Below, piece by piece: positions 8,848 through 19,718 of a stretch of DNA of 28,976 nt (positions are counted from its first letter, which is position 1; every line of letters begins with the position of its first letter). Source of the stretch: a virus (lineage: Duplodnaviria; Caudoviricetes); IMG/VR virus record IMGVR_UViG_3300020549_000023, positions 1 to 28,976 of that record; one strand, written 5' to 3'. The position numbers and the translations under genes are program-made. The notes under the pieces are model-generated. The model had not been told where the DNA came from, ran no database searches, and worked only from the letters and a program-made list of their open reading frames with translations.

Positions 8848-10686
8848 ATGGCGAATAACAGAATATCATATACTAGTAGAGATTATCAGTCAATAAGAAC
8901 GGAACTTTTAAATTACGCAAAAACTTACTATCCTGATTTAATTCAAGATTTTAATGACGCCTCAGTGTTTACTGTTTTCCTTGATTTAAATGCTGCGGTT
9001 GCGGATAACTTGCATTATAATATTGATAGAAGTATTCAAGAAACCGTTTTACAGTATGCTCAACAAAGGTCTTCAATTTACAACATTGCAAGAACATACG
9101 GGTTAAAATTACCAGGTCAAAGACCATCAGTATCATTAGTTGATTTCTCAATTACGGTTCCTGCCTTTGGTGATAAAGAAGATGAAAGATATCTTGGAAC
9201 TTTATCAAGAGGTTCTCAAGTTGTTGGAGCTGGTATTGTATTTGAAAATGTTTATGATGTTGATTTTGCGTCACCCTACAACGCTCAAGGATTTCCAAAC
9301 AGATTAAAAATTCCAAACTTTAACGCTAATAACATATTAATTAATTATACAATTACAAAAAGAGAACTTGTTGTTAATGGTATCACTAAAGTGTTTAAAA
9401 GAGTAATTGGGGCAAATGATGTTAAACCATTTTTTGAATTATTTTTACCCGAAAAAAACGTCTTAGGTGTTACAAGTGTGTTATTAAAAAATGGAACTAG
9501 CTATACCAACGTACCAACAACAGCGGAATTTTTAGGTTTAGATAATAGATGGTATGAGGTGGATGCTTTGGCTGAAGACAGAGTGTTTGTTGAAGACCCT
9601 ACAAAAGTGTCTGACCAACCTGGTATTAAAGTTGGTAGGTACATTCAAACACAAGATAGATTTATTACTGAATACACACCCGAAGGATTCAAAAAGATGA
9701 CATTTGGTGGGGGTACAAATACCGCTCAAGACCAATTAAACCAATTTACAACATTAGGTGCCACATTAGATTTACAAAGATATAGTAATAACCTTTCGTT
9801 AGGTGCAACACTAACACCAAATTCAACTTTATTTATTCAATATAGAGTTGGTGGAGGTTTGGCAACAAACTTAGGAACAAATGTAATTAACTCTATTGGT
9901 ACCGTATCATTCTTTGTAAATGGTCCTTCCGAAACTACAAACTCATCGGTGGTTAATTCACTGAGGTGTGTTAACGTAACCGCAGCTGTTGGCGGAGCAG
10001 GTATACCATCACTTGAAGAGATTCGAAACTATGTTTCATTTAACTTTGCAGCACAAAAAAGAGCGGTAACAGTTCAAGATTATGAATCATTAATTAGAAA
10101 CATGCCAGCCCAATTTGGTGCACCTGCAAAAGTATCTATCACGGAAAATGATAATAAAATATTAATTCAAATATTGTCATATGATACTTCAGGTAAATTA
10201 ACCAATATTGTTTCAAACACATTAAGACAAAATATTGCGAATTATTTATCAAACTATAGGATGATGAATGATTATATTTCTATCTTTAGTGCAGAAGTAA
10301 TTGATTTAAGTATGGACATTTCAATTGTTTTAGATTCCGCACAAAATTCAGGTCAAGTAATTTCAAGTGTCGTTGATAAACTATCGGCGTACTTTAATCC
10401 TCAAACAAGACAATTAGGACAAAATGTTTATTTATCTGAAGTTAGGAGTTTAATTCAAAATACTAATGGAGTATTAACAGTTGCTAATATTGATGTTTTC
10501 AATGAAGTTGGAGGACAATATTCTTCAGCTGAAACTTCTATGGTTTATGCAAACGAAGAAACAAAATTAATATTACCAGTTGACGACACAATATTTGCAC
10601 AACCATCACAGGTTTATCAAATCAGATACCCAAATAGAGACATTAGAGTTTCGGTTAAAAACTTCCAATCAGTAACTTTTTCATAA
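8848..10686 (+). CDS. Baseplate wedge protein, T4 gp6 / baseplate J-like
   Basis: N-terminal RDYQSIRTELLNY...DFNDAS...ETVLQYAQQRSSIYNIARTYG, FGGG, YRVGGG and QKRAVTVQDY. Directly follows gp25. Confidence 0.87.
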   Translation: MANNRISYTSRDYQSIRTELLNYAKTYYPDLIQDFNDASVFTVFLDLNAAVADNLHYNIDRSIQETVLQYAQQRSSIYNIARTYGLKLPGQRPSVSLVDFSITVPAFGDKEDERYLGTLSRGSQVVGAGIVFENVYDVDFASPYNAQGFPNRLKIPNFNANNILINYTITKRELVVNGITKVFKRVIGANDVKPFFELFLPEKNVLGVTSVLLKNGTSYTNVPTTAEFLGLDNRWYEVDALAEDRVFVEDPTKVSDQPGIKVGRYIQTQDRFITEYTPEGFKKMTFGGGTNTAQDQLNQFTTLGATLDLQRYSNNLSLGATLTPNSTLFIQYRVGGGLATNLGTNVINSIGTVSFFVNGPSETTNSSVVNSLRCVNVTAAVGGAGIPSLEEIRNYVSFNFAAQKRAVTVQDYESLIRNMPAQFGAPAKVSITENDNKILIQILSYDTSGKLTNIVSNTLRQNIANYLSNYRMMNDYISIFSAEVIDLSMDISIVLDSAQNSGQVISSVVDKLSAYFNPQTRQLGQNVYLSEVRSLIQNTNGVLTVANIDVFNEVGGQYSSAETSMVYANEETKLILPVDDTIFAQPSQVYQIRYPNRDIRVSVKNFQSVTFS

Positions 10687-10755
10687 CAAGTTTATTTTAT
10701 TTTTCTTTAGTTTATTATTTAGTAGTGTGGATGTCTTTAAAAATTCCGCATAAAC

Positions 10756-10763
10756 TATTTATA
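10756..10763 (+). promoter_or_regulatory. TATTTATA motif
   Basis: Intergenic, 15 nt before ATG 10779. Confidence 0.5.
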
Positions 10764-10778
10764 AATTAAAGTAACTTG

Positions 10779-13700
10779 ATGGGCCAATCGTATAGAATAA
10801 GAACGGAGTTAGGAATTAGTAAAACAATTAACATTCAACTTGATCAAGAGTTTGAATTTTTAGAAATTTTATCATTAAAACTCCAACAAGAAGATATCTA
10901 CACAAAAAGTTGTGCGGAATATGGTGTTGTTGTTGGTAGAGTTACCGCAAATAACGGTTTTGGATTACCAAACGCCAGAGTTTCAATTTTTATACCTATT
11001 GAATCTGTAGATGAATCAAATCCAATAATTTCTAGTATATACCCTTACAAATCGCCAAATGACAAAAACGAAGATGGTTATAGGTATAACTTACTTCCAT
11101 ATGAACAATCATATTCCGCACATGCTGCCACAGGGACATTACCAACAAGATTAGATGTTTTAACAGGTAGTACCGCAATTGAAATATACGACAAATATTA
11201 TAAATTTACGGTAAAAACAAACGAGAGTGGAGATTACATGATAATGGGGGTACCTCAAGGTAACCGTACATTAGTTATGGATGTTGATTTATCGGACATA
11301 GGTGAATTTTCATTAACACCACAAGATTTAATACGAATGGGACTTGCTAGTGAGGCTCAAGTTGCTGGTAATAGATTTAGAACATCAACGGACTTAACTT
11401 CTTTACCTCAAATTATTAATATAGTTAAAGATTTAGAAGTGTCGCCACTTTGGGGAGACCCTGAATTGTGTGATATTGCGGTTAACCGAGTTGACTTTGA
11501 TTTAAGGGACGAAGCAAATATTGATATCCAACCCACATCGACATTTATGGGGTCAATCTATTCGACTGCGGATAATTTTAGGATAAAAAAGAATGGTAAA
11601 CCTCGTGATAATATGGGCAATCTATGTTCATTAACGTCAGGTCCAGGCCAAATCATTGCAATAAGACAAACAATTTTTCAAGATTCTATTGGTAATCCAG
11701 TGTTAGAATCATATCAATTGGAACAATCAGGTAATATTATCGATGGTAACGGTGTTTGGTTAACTGAATTACCAATGAACTTAGATTATTACATTACAAA
11801 TGAGTTTGGTGAAAAAGTATTGTCAAACGACCCAACTTTAGGTATACCAACCAAAGCCAAATATAGATTTAAAATTAAGTGGCAACAACCAGCAACATTA
11901 ACTGAACAAGTAAGAAGACCATATTATTTGGTGCCTAATGTTAAAGAATATGGTTGGTCAAATATTGATTCTGACCCAAATATTGATCCTAAACCAAATG
12001 TTAATCCACCACCTAACCAATTAAAAAGTTCTTATTATTTTGGATTAGATTGGAGTGGATATACTAATGGATTTAGTACAACAACATCACCATCAAAACC
12101 AATTTCAGATTATACCAATAGACTAAATGAAGTTATTGATTGTGAAGACACTTTTTATGAATTTCAATATAATAGAGTTTATACGGTATCAGGATTAATT
12201 GATGAGTTTAAAAATGGAGGTAGAGGTAGATTTATAGGTATTAAAGAAATTGATAGTCAAGAGTGTGATAGTAGTGTAAATAAATTTCCTGTAAATGAAG
12301 GGTTTAGGAATTTTGATTTATTGTATTTTATTTTTGCAATACTATTTCAAGTCATCCAAATTATTGGAACACCGTTATTAATTGTTTATCATTTTGTAGC
12401 GTTTCTTTGGAATAATTTTGCGGTTCCAATCATAGGATTACTTGCTACAATTGCTTTCAAAAACAGTGTTCAAGAAGGTGCCTTAGCAATTGCAATGGGT
12501 ATTGCAGCCACAGGTTCTTTTGGTGCGACATTAGTTGCAATTGGACCTTTTATAATTAAGGCGGTATTGTGGGCGGCATTGGGAGTTGCAATTTTAGTGT
12601 TGGGATTAAAGATTAAATCATACAAATTTGGTAGGTTTAACTTGCCAATGATAACATATCCTGATTGTCAAGCGTGTGAATGTGACCCAGAAACAACAGC
12701 ACCTGGTTCAGAAGATGGGACAAGTGAATCAATTCCATCTGAAGGATTAATAACACAATTATCAAACAATATATCGTATTATGAATCTATTGAAACAGGA
12801 TTTTTAAAGGTTGGATTTAGTGATACAAATGCACAAATTAATGCCATTATGTATTCACAAGCTGTATCAGGAATTGGTGGTTATAATAACAACCCACAAC
12901 TTTTTAAATTACCACAATCTCAAGTCACAACAGTTGAAAATGGTGGTAAATATTATGCATATAGTATTACGTTACCACCAGGAGAAAGGGTTAATATCTA
13001 CAACACCCGAAAAAAATATTTTGATGATGTTAACAAAATAAAAGTTACATTTAACTACCCTAGTAATGGTGGATATGATGTACCTCAATATCACTATGAT
13101 AATACTTTAACTGTTTTATCAACACAAGATTTACAACCAGGAACATTATTAAGTTTTGTTAACCCAAGTAGAACAACTGATAAAAATTATTTGTGGACAG
13201 GATCGACAACTATTGGTGGAGTAACTTTAAATGGTATTAATGGTGTTATTAAAAATGAACCATTTGTAGCCCGTACTTATTGGGCGACTACTCAAACAAC
13301 AGAATCATTTACTGATTATAGTATACCAAGTGGAGATTCACAATGTTTTTTAAGTTTAACTTTAGATATTCAAACTTCAGGTACAACAACTTATTTAGAT
13401 TGTGTCGGTGTTAAATATACAACCACGGCAACAACAATAGGACCACATGTTATATCAAACTCAAATGGTATTGATATAAGTTCTATTGGTGGTAGTGCAA
13501 CTTACAATAATGCAAATATAATAAAAGGACAATCTTGTCAAAGATACATTTATCCGTCAGATATAGAGTATTATCAAGTGTTAACCGCAATAACTATAAC
13601 AACTTCTGTTGTTGCGGGAGTAACGTATTATTCTTTACCTAATCTTGGTAGTGGACCTAGTTTTTGGCAAGAATTAAATTTACCAAATATGGGTTATCTA

Positions 13701-16061
13701 TTAACCGAAGTGGATGGTAAAGGATGGGTTTTTGATGTAACAAAAAGTATATCACCTCCATCAAACCCATTTAACTTCCCAACATCTGGTTTTACTAATT
13801 TTGATCAACAAAAAGTTTTAATTTTACAAAGAGGTGTTGACCCATATTCACCTAAGTTACCAAATAGATATGGTATTGGCCAAATTATGGGCCATAGTAA
13901 TCCTGATGCTGTGGTTATTACAGGTATGACAAGAATGAATATTCCAATTCAAAAACTAACAGGTTCTACAACCTCAGTTCAAAAACACAACAATCAAAAC
14001 AACATCTATTCTACATCATATTTTTATACACCAGGTATTACAAGTTCACCTTTATTCCCTAATGCTTCAACAACACCTGGATTGCAATTTTCATCGTACA
14101 CAACAAGTAATGTTGGATATTATGGGGCTTTAGATTCTAGCTTTACACCACTTTCAAATAAAATAACAACAAACGTTGGACAACAATATTACAGTAATGG
14201 TACTATTACATTTGAAGGTACTTCAACCAATTATGGTGTTAGTTCTTTTAGTTGGGGTAATACTAACGGTGTTAAATCAGTACCAAATAATTTATATTTT
14301 CAAACTGGAGGATATACTGAATCTGAAGATTTATCAGGTGCCGCCTATATATTTAGAGGGGGGTTTTCAAGCTTTCTTGCTAGTGGTGAATTTAGATTTT
14401 TTTTAGAACCAAATAGTCCTTTTACACTATACTTCAGTCCAATATTATATCCGTCTTTAACTGGAACCACTCAACTTAGTATTTCAGAATCTTCTAAAGT
14501 GATTATGAGAACTGATAGATTACCGTCATCTGATTTTATTGATAATGAGGATAATTTAAATGGTAGTGTTAGTTTGTTACAACAAAATCTTGGATTTGCG
14601 ATATACAATATTGATGAGGGTTTAGAAACTTTTGTTTCACCTGGATTTTCAACAGGTGCAGAACAGACAACTGCGGATATTGGAGGACAAATTGCGGAAG
14701 GAAATGTTTTAAGAACTTTAAATACGTGTGAGAACATGGTTGGACTTAATTGTTATAGTGGTAATGGTGTTAATTTTGGTGTAAAATCGGGATGTCAGGC
14801 TTCAGATAGTGTGGAAAATGGTTGTTATGTTCTGATGACAAAACCATTAATTAGTTTAAGTAATGATTTAAAGGCATTTGCTGAATGGGGGTATAGGTTT
14901 AGATTTTTTTATGGTCTATGTAGAGGAGTATTGGCTCAAACGTTTACAAATAATTGGGTGAATGGTTCTTTATATACATTCCCTATTCAAGTAGATACGT
15001 TTTTTGGTCCCGACAATAAACCATTATATCCTGAGTTTGCAAGACAACTTGCTTATTTTGATCGTGATACAAGTAATTTCTACTATAGAAGTTCACCATA
15101 CCTATTAACTTCATCACCAACAACCACAAGATTTATTGGCAGTCCTACAGGAGATTTAATAAAACCTGTAAACCAACGAAATTTATTATTCCCAACAACA
15201 ATTGTTAATTTAGGGATTAAAGATGATTTTTATCAAGAAATAATATTTGACCCGTCGGCTAAGGCATATATAATGAAAAGTTTACAACCAACAAGTTATT
15301 CAGACACATCTGATTTAGTTAATTTGTTTGTTATTAGTAGGATAACTGATAGTGGGTTTTTGTCTAACATATTATCAGGATTAAATGGTAGTTTAAATAA
15401 ATTATTTACAAGGAGTGAATTAAGAATTGATGGTGATTTAGCTCAAAGTATGTCAATTAATTCAGAATATGGTGTTATACCATTTTCACCTGAATATTAT
15501 AGTGTTTATGGTGCGACTACTGACCCTGTCGTTATTTTAGGGTCTTTAGATAACCCGACAATGGGAATTTTCTTTTCATCTACCACAGTAGATTTACAAA
15601 ATAAAGATTTTTTAACTCCAGGTATAATTGATTTTAGACCATCAAATGAGGCAAACGCAATAACTTATCCATATGGAATTAAGTCTCAATATGTCCCATT
15701 TTATCAATGGCAACTAAACCAAGGAAGCTCTACTTCAATATTTGGGAGTGAAAAAAATAATTGGAAGACAAATGAAAGTTCAAATATAAATAATTCTGGA
15801 ATTTTTAAATACAGGTATCAATCTTTAAGTAGAAGAAACACTGGTTATCCGAGTTATTTTAGCGGACCTAATGTTGCTCTTGGTGACATATATCAAAGAG
15901 GATATATTTTTAATGTCAACTCAAGTGGTCAATATTCATATGACGCTTCACCATATACACCTATTTTCTTAGTTGGAGCCCCAAACCATTTTTACTTTGG
16001 ATTAATAAATGGTGAAACTGCGTTAGATAAATTTAAAACAAAATACTCTATTGATGAATAA
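10779..16061 (+). CDS. Large putative baseplate/tail structural protein with a central hydrophobic segment
   Basis: About 1760 aa. The N-terminus (GVVVGRVTANNGFGLPNARVSIF...TNESGDYMIMGVPQG) resembles carboxypeptidase-regulatory/prealbumin-like beta domains. About 100 hydrophobic residues lie mid-protein. ATG 10779 preferred over TTG 10776. Confidence 0.65.
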   Translation: MGQSYRIRTELGISKTINIQLDQEFEFLEILSLKLQQEDIYTKSCAEYGVVVGRVTANNGFGLPNARVSIFIPIESVDESNPIISSIYPYKSPNDKNEDGYRYNLLPYEQSYSAHAATGTLPTRLDVLTGSTAIEIYDKYYKFTVKTNESGDYMIMGVPQGNRTLVMDVDLSDIGEFSLTPQDLIRMGLASEAQVAGNRFRTSTDLTSLPQIINIVKDLEVSPLWGDPELCDIAVNRVDFDLRDEANIDIQPTSTFMGSIYSTADNFRIKKNGKPRDNMGNLCSLTSGPGQIIAIRQTIFQDSIGNPVLESYQLEQSGNIIDGNGVWLTELPMNLDYYITNEFGEKVLSNDPTLGIPTKAKYRFKIKWQQPATLTEQVRRPYYLVPNVKEYGWSNIDSDPNIDPKPNVNPPPNQLKSSYYFGLDWSGYTNGFSTTTSPSKPISDYTNRLNEVIDCEDTFYEFQYNRVYTVSGLIDEFKNGGRGRFIGIKEIDSQECDSSVNKFPVNEGFRNFDLLYFIFAILFQVIQIIGTPLLIVYHFVAFLWNNFAVPIIGLLATIAFKNSVQEGALAIAMGIAATGSFGATLVAIGPFIIKAVLWAALGVAILVLGLKIKSYKFGRFNLPMITYPDCQACECDPETTAPGSEDGTSESIPSEGLITQLSNNISYYESIETGFLKVGFSDTNAQINAIMYSQAVSGIGGYNNNPQLFKLPQSQVTTVENGGKYYAYSITLPPGERVNIYNTRKKYFDDVNKIKVTFNYPSNGGYDVPQYHYDNTLTVLSTQDLQPGTLLSFVNPSRTTDKNYLWTGSTTIGGVTLNGINGVIKNEPFVARTYWATTQTTESFTDYSIPSGDSQCFLSLTLDIQTSGTTTYLDCVGVKYTTTATTIGPHVISNSNGIDISSIGGSATYNNANIIKGQSCQRYIYPSDIEYYQVLTAITITTSVVAGVTYYSLPNLGSGPSFWQELNLPNMGYLLTEVDGKGWVFDVTKSISPPSNPFNFPTSGFTNFDQQKVLILQRGVDPYSPKLPNRYGIGQIMGHSNPDAVVITGMTRMNIPIQKLTGSTTSVQKHNNQNNIYSTSYFYTPGITSSPLFPNASTTPGLQFSSYTTSNVGYYGALDSSFTPLSNKITTNVGQQYYSNGTITFEGTSTNYGVSSFSWGNTNGVKSVPNNLYFQTGGYTESEDLSGAAYIFRGGFSSFLASGEFRFFLEPNSPFTLYFSPILYPSLTGTTQLSISESSKVIMRTDRLPSSDFIDNEDNLNGSVSLLQQNLGFAIYNIDEGLETFVSPGFSTGAEQTTADIGGQIAEGNVLRTLNTCENMVGLNCYSGNGVNFGVKSGCQASDSVENGCYVLMTKPLISLSNDLKAFAEWGYRFRFFYGLCRGVLAQTFTNNWVNGSLYTFPIQVDTFFGPDNKPLYPEFARQLAYFDRDTSNFYYRSSPYLLTSSPTTTRFIGSPTGDLIKPVNQRNLLFPTTIVNLGIKDDFYQEIIFDPSAKAYIMKSLQPTSYSDTSDLVNLFVISRITDSGFLSNILSGLNGSLNKLFTRSELRIDGDLAQSMSINSEYGVIPFSPEYYSVYGATTDPVVILGSLDNPTMGIFFSSTTVDLQNKDFLTPGIIDFRPSNEANAITYPYGIKSQYVPFYQWQLNQGSSTSIFGSEKNNWKTNESSNINNSGIFKYRYQSLSRRNTGYPSYFSGPNVALGDIYQRGYIFNVNSSGQYSYDASPYTPIFLVGAPNHFYFGLINGETALDKFKTKYSIDE

Positions 16062-17748
16062 GTATACAATAATACCAAGTAGTCAACAATATAAGTCTGC
16101 ACCATTTGTTGACCAAGAAATATCTTTATCTTTAGAAGAACAAAGTCAACAAATTACTGAGTATGATAGAAGTCAAAGTATTAGTCTTGCTCAAATTTAC
16201 GATAATGAAAGACAAAGTTGTACAATCTTTAGACCAACATTTAAAGTTAATTATTTGTATGCAAACACTTATGTTGGTACAACAAATTATGTGCCTTTCT
16301 TAAATAAATTATACTATGTTAATCCAGAACAATCTATTGTTAATAACATATGGAAAGGGTTTCCACAATATTATGAATTTGATTTTTATAGACCTGACGT
16401 GACCGACCAACATATTAGGTATCAATCAAAAAGTGCTTACACCTATAATTGGACATATTATGTTAGTTATGCTTATCAAAACAATTATAGTAAACAATTA
16501 TTGTATGATTTAGATGGAACTAGTTTAACTTGGATAGCATCACAAGGAATTCCATTTTTTATTCAAAACTCTGTTCAAAATGGAAATAATGTAATATCAT
16601 TTCAATGTATATCTCCACACGGATTAAGTGTTGGTGAATATGTTGAATTATCTTTTAATTATAATAATATAAATTTATTTCAAGTGTATTCGTTAGGTAA
16701 CGGATTACTTGGTAGTGACACGCATATATTCAATATATATAATGTTGGTTATACGGGGGCGACATTTGCAAATAAAGTAACTGGCACGTTTAGAAGAGTT
16801 ATTAATTCTGACAATATTGAAGAAACTAAATCAAAATATTACGTTAGAGAACATAAAATTATAACCAATCTTGATGATTGTGTAATGACCAAAAACGGAT
16901 TTGAAAAAAATGTTTTTAACGAAGAAAGAAAGTTTGAATATAGTTCAATTACTCCAAATAAAGTTTCAAGAGTTTCTCAAAAGACCAGTAGTAATTCATA
17001 TAATATCACAGTAAAATATGATTTAGATTTAAATAATATTTTGGATAACCAAAAACGTCCTGTTAGTGAATTATTTTTAACAATAATAAATAAAGGATAT
17101 ACAGGATACTTTAACAAACCTACTAATGGTGTTGGATTAAAACAAGGTTGGGAATTCAATTTAACTAAGAGTTCTAATTTTTGGTGGGATGACACTAATT
17201 TGGGTTCAAATACAAATATCTTAACATCAGGATATACATTAACTAGTGGTGCAACTAAAACATTTTATTACAATCAAAATTTAATGTCAGGGGATACCAT
17301 TGATGGTGATTTCTGTGAATGGAATGATTATGAACAATTGGAAAGAGTTGTTTCACCTTATTATCATAAATTAAAATATAATCAAGATGTGTTTCAAACA
17401 ACACAAACTCCTACCACAAACGCACCAGGATTTTATTATGAACCACATACTCCAATGACAATTAGAGTATTTTCTGACTATGTTGAAACAGGTGACCTAC
17501 AATTTATTGATGGTATACCAAGTTATGCGTATTTTTCAAATTCAGACCAAGAATTTAGGTGGAGAGATTTATATGGTTATGGGTTTATTGATAATTTAGA
17601 TAGAGGTGTTGATTATCCTTTTTTAAATTTTGCGCAATATCCATTTAAAAATGTCCAATTCAGGTTAATACCTGAGGGAATAAACTACAACTCTGAATTA
17701 TTTGGAGTTTCTTTCTCTGTTAAACCTTTGATAGATGGATGTGAATAA
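16054..17748 (+). CDS. Putative virion structural protein
   Basis: About 564 aa, rich in Y/N/T/F. ATG overlaps the upstream stop. Assigned from operon context only. Confidence 0.6.
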   Translation: MNKYTIIPSSQQYKSAPFVDQEISLSLEEQSQQITEYDRSQSISLAQIYDNERQSCTIFRPTFKVNYLYANTYVGTTNYVPFLNKLYYVNPEQSIVNNIWKGFPQYYEFDFYRPDVTDQHIRYQSKSAYTYNWTYYVSYAYQNNYSKQLLYDLDGTSLTWIASQGIPFFIQNSVQNGNNVISFQCISPHGLSVGEYVELSFNYNNINLFQVYSLGNGLLGSDTHIFNIYNVGYTGATFANKVTGTFRRVINSDNIEETKSKYYVREHKIITNLDDCVMTKNGFEKNVFNEERKFEYSSITPNKVSRVSQKTSSNSYNITVKYDLDLNNILDNQKRPVSELFLTIINKGYTGYFNKPTNGVGLKQGWEFNLTKSSNFWWDDTNLGSNTNILTSGYTLTSGATKTFYYNQNLMSGDTIDGDFCEWNDYEQLERVVSPYYHKLKYNQDVFQTTQTPTTNAPGFYYEPHTPMTIRVFSDYVETGDLQFIDGIPSYAYFSNSDQEFRWRDLYGYGFIDNLDRGVDYPFLNFAQYPFKNVQFRLIPEGINYNSELFGVSFSVKPLIDGCE

Positions 17749-18577
17749 AATACAAATAACTCAAGATGGGTTAATTAACAAAGAGTTAGTTATTCCAATC
17801 CAATTAACGTGGGACTACTTAGGTTTAGACCAAAGTATTGACGAATACGAGGCAAATATAATTAAAGAAGTTACTGGTACATATGGTGACTTTGAGGTTA
17901 CAAGATTTGCTCACGCACCTATTGCGATTTCAGATCCATATTCTAATAACGATTTTGAAATTACGGACATTCAATATGAATTTAATTTCTTTTCAGGTGG
18001 TTCGTTAAGTGCATCTACGAGTTGGAGAAACAATTACATTTCAGAAGGTTTTACTCCACAAGAAATATATTATTACACAAACAATTTTACTAATTCGTTT
18101 TTTAAATTGGACTTATATGATAATGTTGATGAAAAACGTCAAACAAATTATATAACAATTATAATCCCAACCCAACAAGGGTTAACTATGGATGCAATAA
18201 TGCAAAGGACACCAGTTAAAATTAAAAAACCATATTTTGTTTTAGATTATGTTGGAGATAAAGAAGGATTTTTTATTTATTGGTTAAAGAAAAGAAACTT
18301 TTTGAACGTAAGAACTTTTTTTATGACTGCAAAATTTTATGATGCAAAAAATGGGTATTTTACCAAAATGATGAACATGCCACAATCATCAATTGTTGGT
18401 GATAAGTTTACTTTTGATAGTTCGCAATATTTCTATTATAGGCTCGAATTAGATTATGAAAAACAAAATTACCAAGTGTTTAACATGAATCCAACACAAA
18501 CGTTATATAGTAATTTGGGTGGTAGAGCGGGAGCAACAATACCCATAAAATGGTACGAATATGTTAATCCAAGATAA
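17735..18577 (+). CDS. Putative virion structural protein
   Basis: 280 aa, overlaps both neighbours, aromatic beta-rich composition. Confidence 0.6.
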   Translation: MDVNKIQITQDGLINKELVIPIQLTWDYLGLDQSIDEYEANIIKEVTGTYGDFEVTRFAHAPIAISDPYSNNDFEITDIQYEFNFFSGGSLSASTSWRNNYISEGFTPQEIYYYTNNFTNSFFKLDLYDNVDEKRQTNYITIIIPTQQGLTMDAIMQRTPVKIKKPYFVLDYVGDKEGFFIYWLKKRNFLNVRTFFMTAKFYDAKNGYFTKMMNMPQSSIVGDKFTFDSSQYFYYRLELDYEKQNYQVFNMNPTQTLYSNLGGRAGATIPIKWYEYVNPR

Positions 18578-19686
18578 TGGAAGATTTTTATAAAATAATT
18601 GTATCACCAGAAACAATACTTGGGGATTTATTTTTGGTAAACCTAAGTGGGCAGAATGTTAATAATACTTACACAGGTGAAACTGTTGGGGTGTATTCTG
18701 CCATGACACAAGTCGTTAGTTCGGGACCAAATGGTAGTTCGTTATTAACTGGATTAACAGTTCCAATCTTAATTAGACAAACCGCAGTTGATGTTGGATA
18801 TTATAGTCCATTTGACGGGGCGGTTCTACAAAAAGATGTCGTAGCCAATTTTATATTTTCATCAACAACTGAGAACCCATATGTTTATAACATTTACAAC
18901 ACCTCAAGTGAGTTTCAAAAATTCCTTGATTTGTCGTCATATAGAGTGGATTGGGGAGACGGGTCTCCAAAACAAACAATAACTACCTATACACCAAATT
19001 CATTAAGTCATAGTTACCCAACTGCAAATACACAATATAATATTTCGTTAGAACAAACAAATCCATGGGGTATAACTAGAGTAACTAAAACGATTACAAC
19101 ACCATATTCAAATGTTATTATAAATAATCCTAATGGTGAGGCGTTTTTTATTCCTGCAGGTGGTAATTGGGTGGGAACTCCTGTTAGTTATGATTACATA
19201 TTTTCAGGTGACGCAGTAAATGAAGTATCTGCACAAACATCAATTAACTATGTTAGTATACCATATACTGTTTCAGGATTAACTAAATCAAGTATAACTG
19301 ATTTGGCATTATACGGTTCCGTAAAATATATGGTAAACACACCTGTTATTAAAAATGGCCAAATATGGGGGGCAATAACAGATATGAATCCTGTTTTTAC
19401 TGCATATACTATTAATGATGTAAATTATTACGACTATTCTGATGGAACAACAATATTTTTTGAACCATCTTCAGGATTTACTGAAAATAATTTAACTCAA
19501 ACACCAATAACAAAAGACGAGGTTTTACTTAAAGTTATTGACCAGGCACAGATACAAACCAATCTCTTTATTGAGAGAGGAAAGAATTCAGCATATGAAA
19601 GAATTCAAAGAATGGGAGAGGTTGATAATCTTGGAGACATGATTAACTACGGATATGGATTCTATCGGGTGGTTAAAAAGAATTAA
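18577..19686 (+). CDS. Putative structural protein with a PKD-like motif
   Basis: YRVDWGDGS...LSHSY resembles the PKD WDFGDG...H.Y motif. TAATG coupling to the upstream gene. Confidence 0.6.
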   Translation: MEDFYKIIVSPETILGDLFLVNLSGQNVNNTYTGETVGVYSAMTQVVSSGPNGSSLLTGLTVPILIRQTAVDVGYYSPFDGAVLQKDVVANFIFSSTTENPYVYNIYNTSSEFQKFLDLSSYRVDWGDGSPKQTITTYTPNSLSHSYPTANTQYNISLEQTNPWGITRVTKTITTPYSNVIINNPNGEAFFIPAGGNWVGTPVSYDYIFSGDAVNEVSAQTSINYVSIPYTVSGLTKSSITDLALYGSVKYMVNTPVIKNGQIWGAITDMNPVFTAYTINDVNYYDYSDGTTIFFEPSSGFTENNLTQTPITKDEVLLKVIDQAQIQTNLFIERGKNSAYERIQRMGEVDNLGDMINYGYGFYRVVKKN

Positions 19687-19706
19687 AAATAAAAAAAGTA
19701 ATAAAG

Positions 19707-19714
19707 TATTTATA
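19707..19714 (+). promoter_or_regulatory. TATTTATA motif before the HNH gene
   Basis: Octamer ends 4 nt before ATG 19719. Confidence 0.5.
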
Positions 19715-19718
19715 GAAT

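Noticed and set aside
10687-10755. Possible ncRNA or terminator in the gap after gp6 (GTGTGGA...TCCGCAT)
   Set aside because: Only a short, wobble-dependent stem in a T-rich spacer, which is not enough support.
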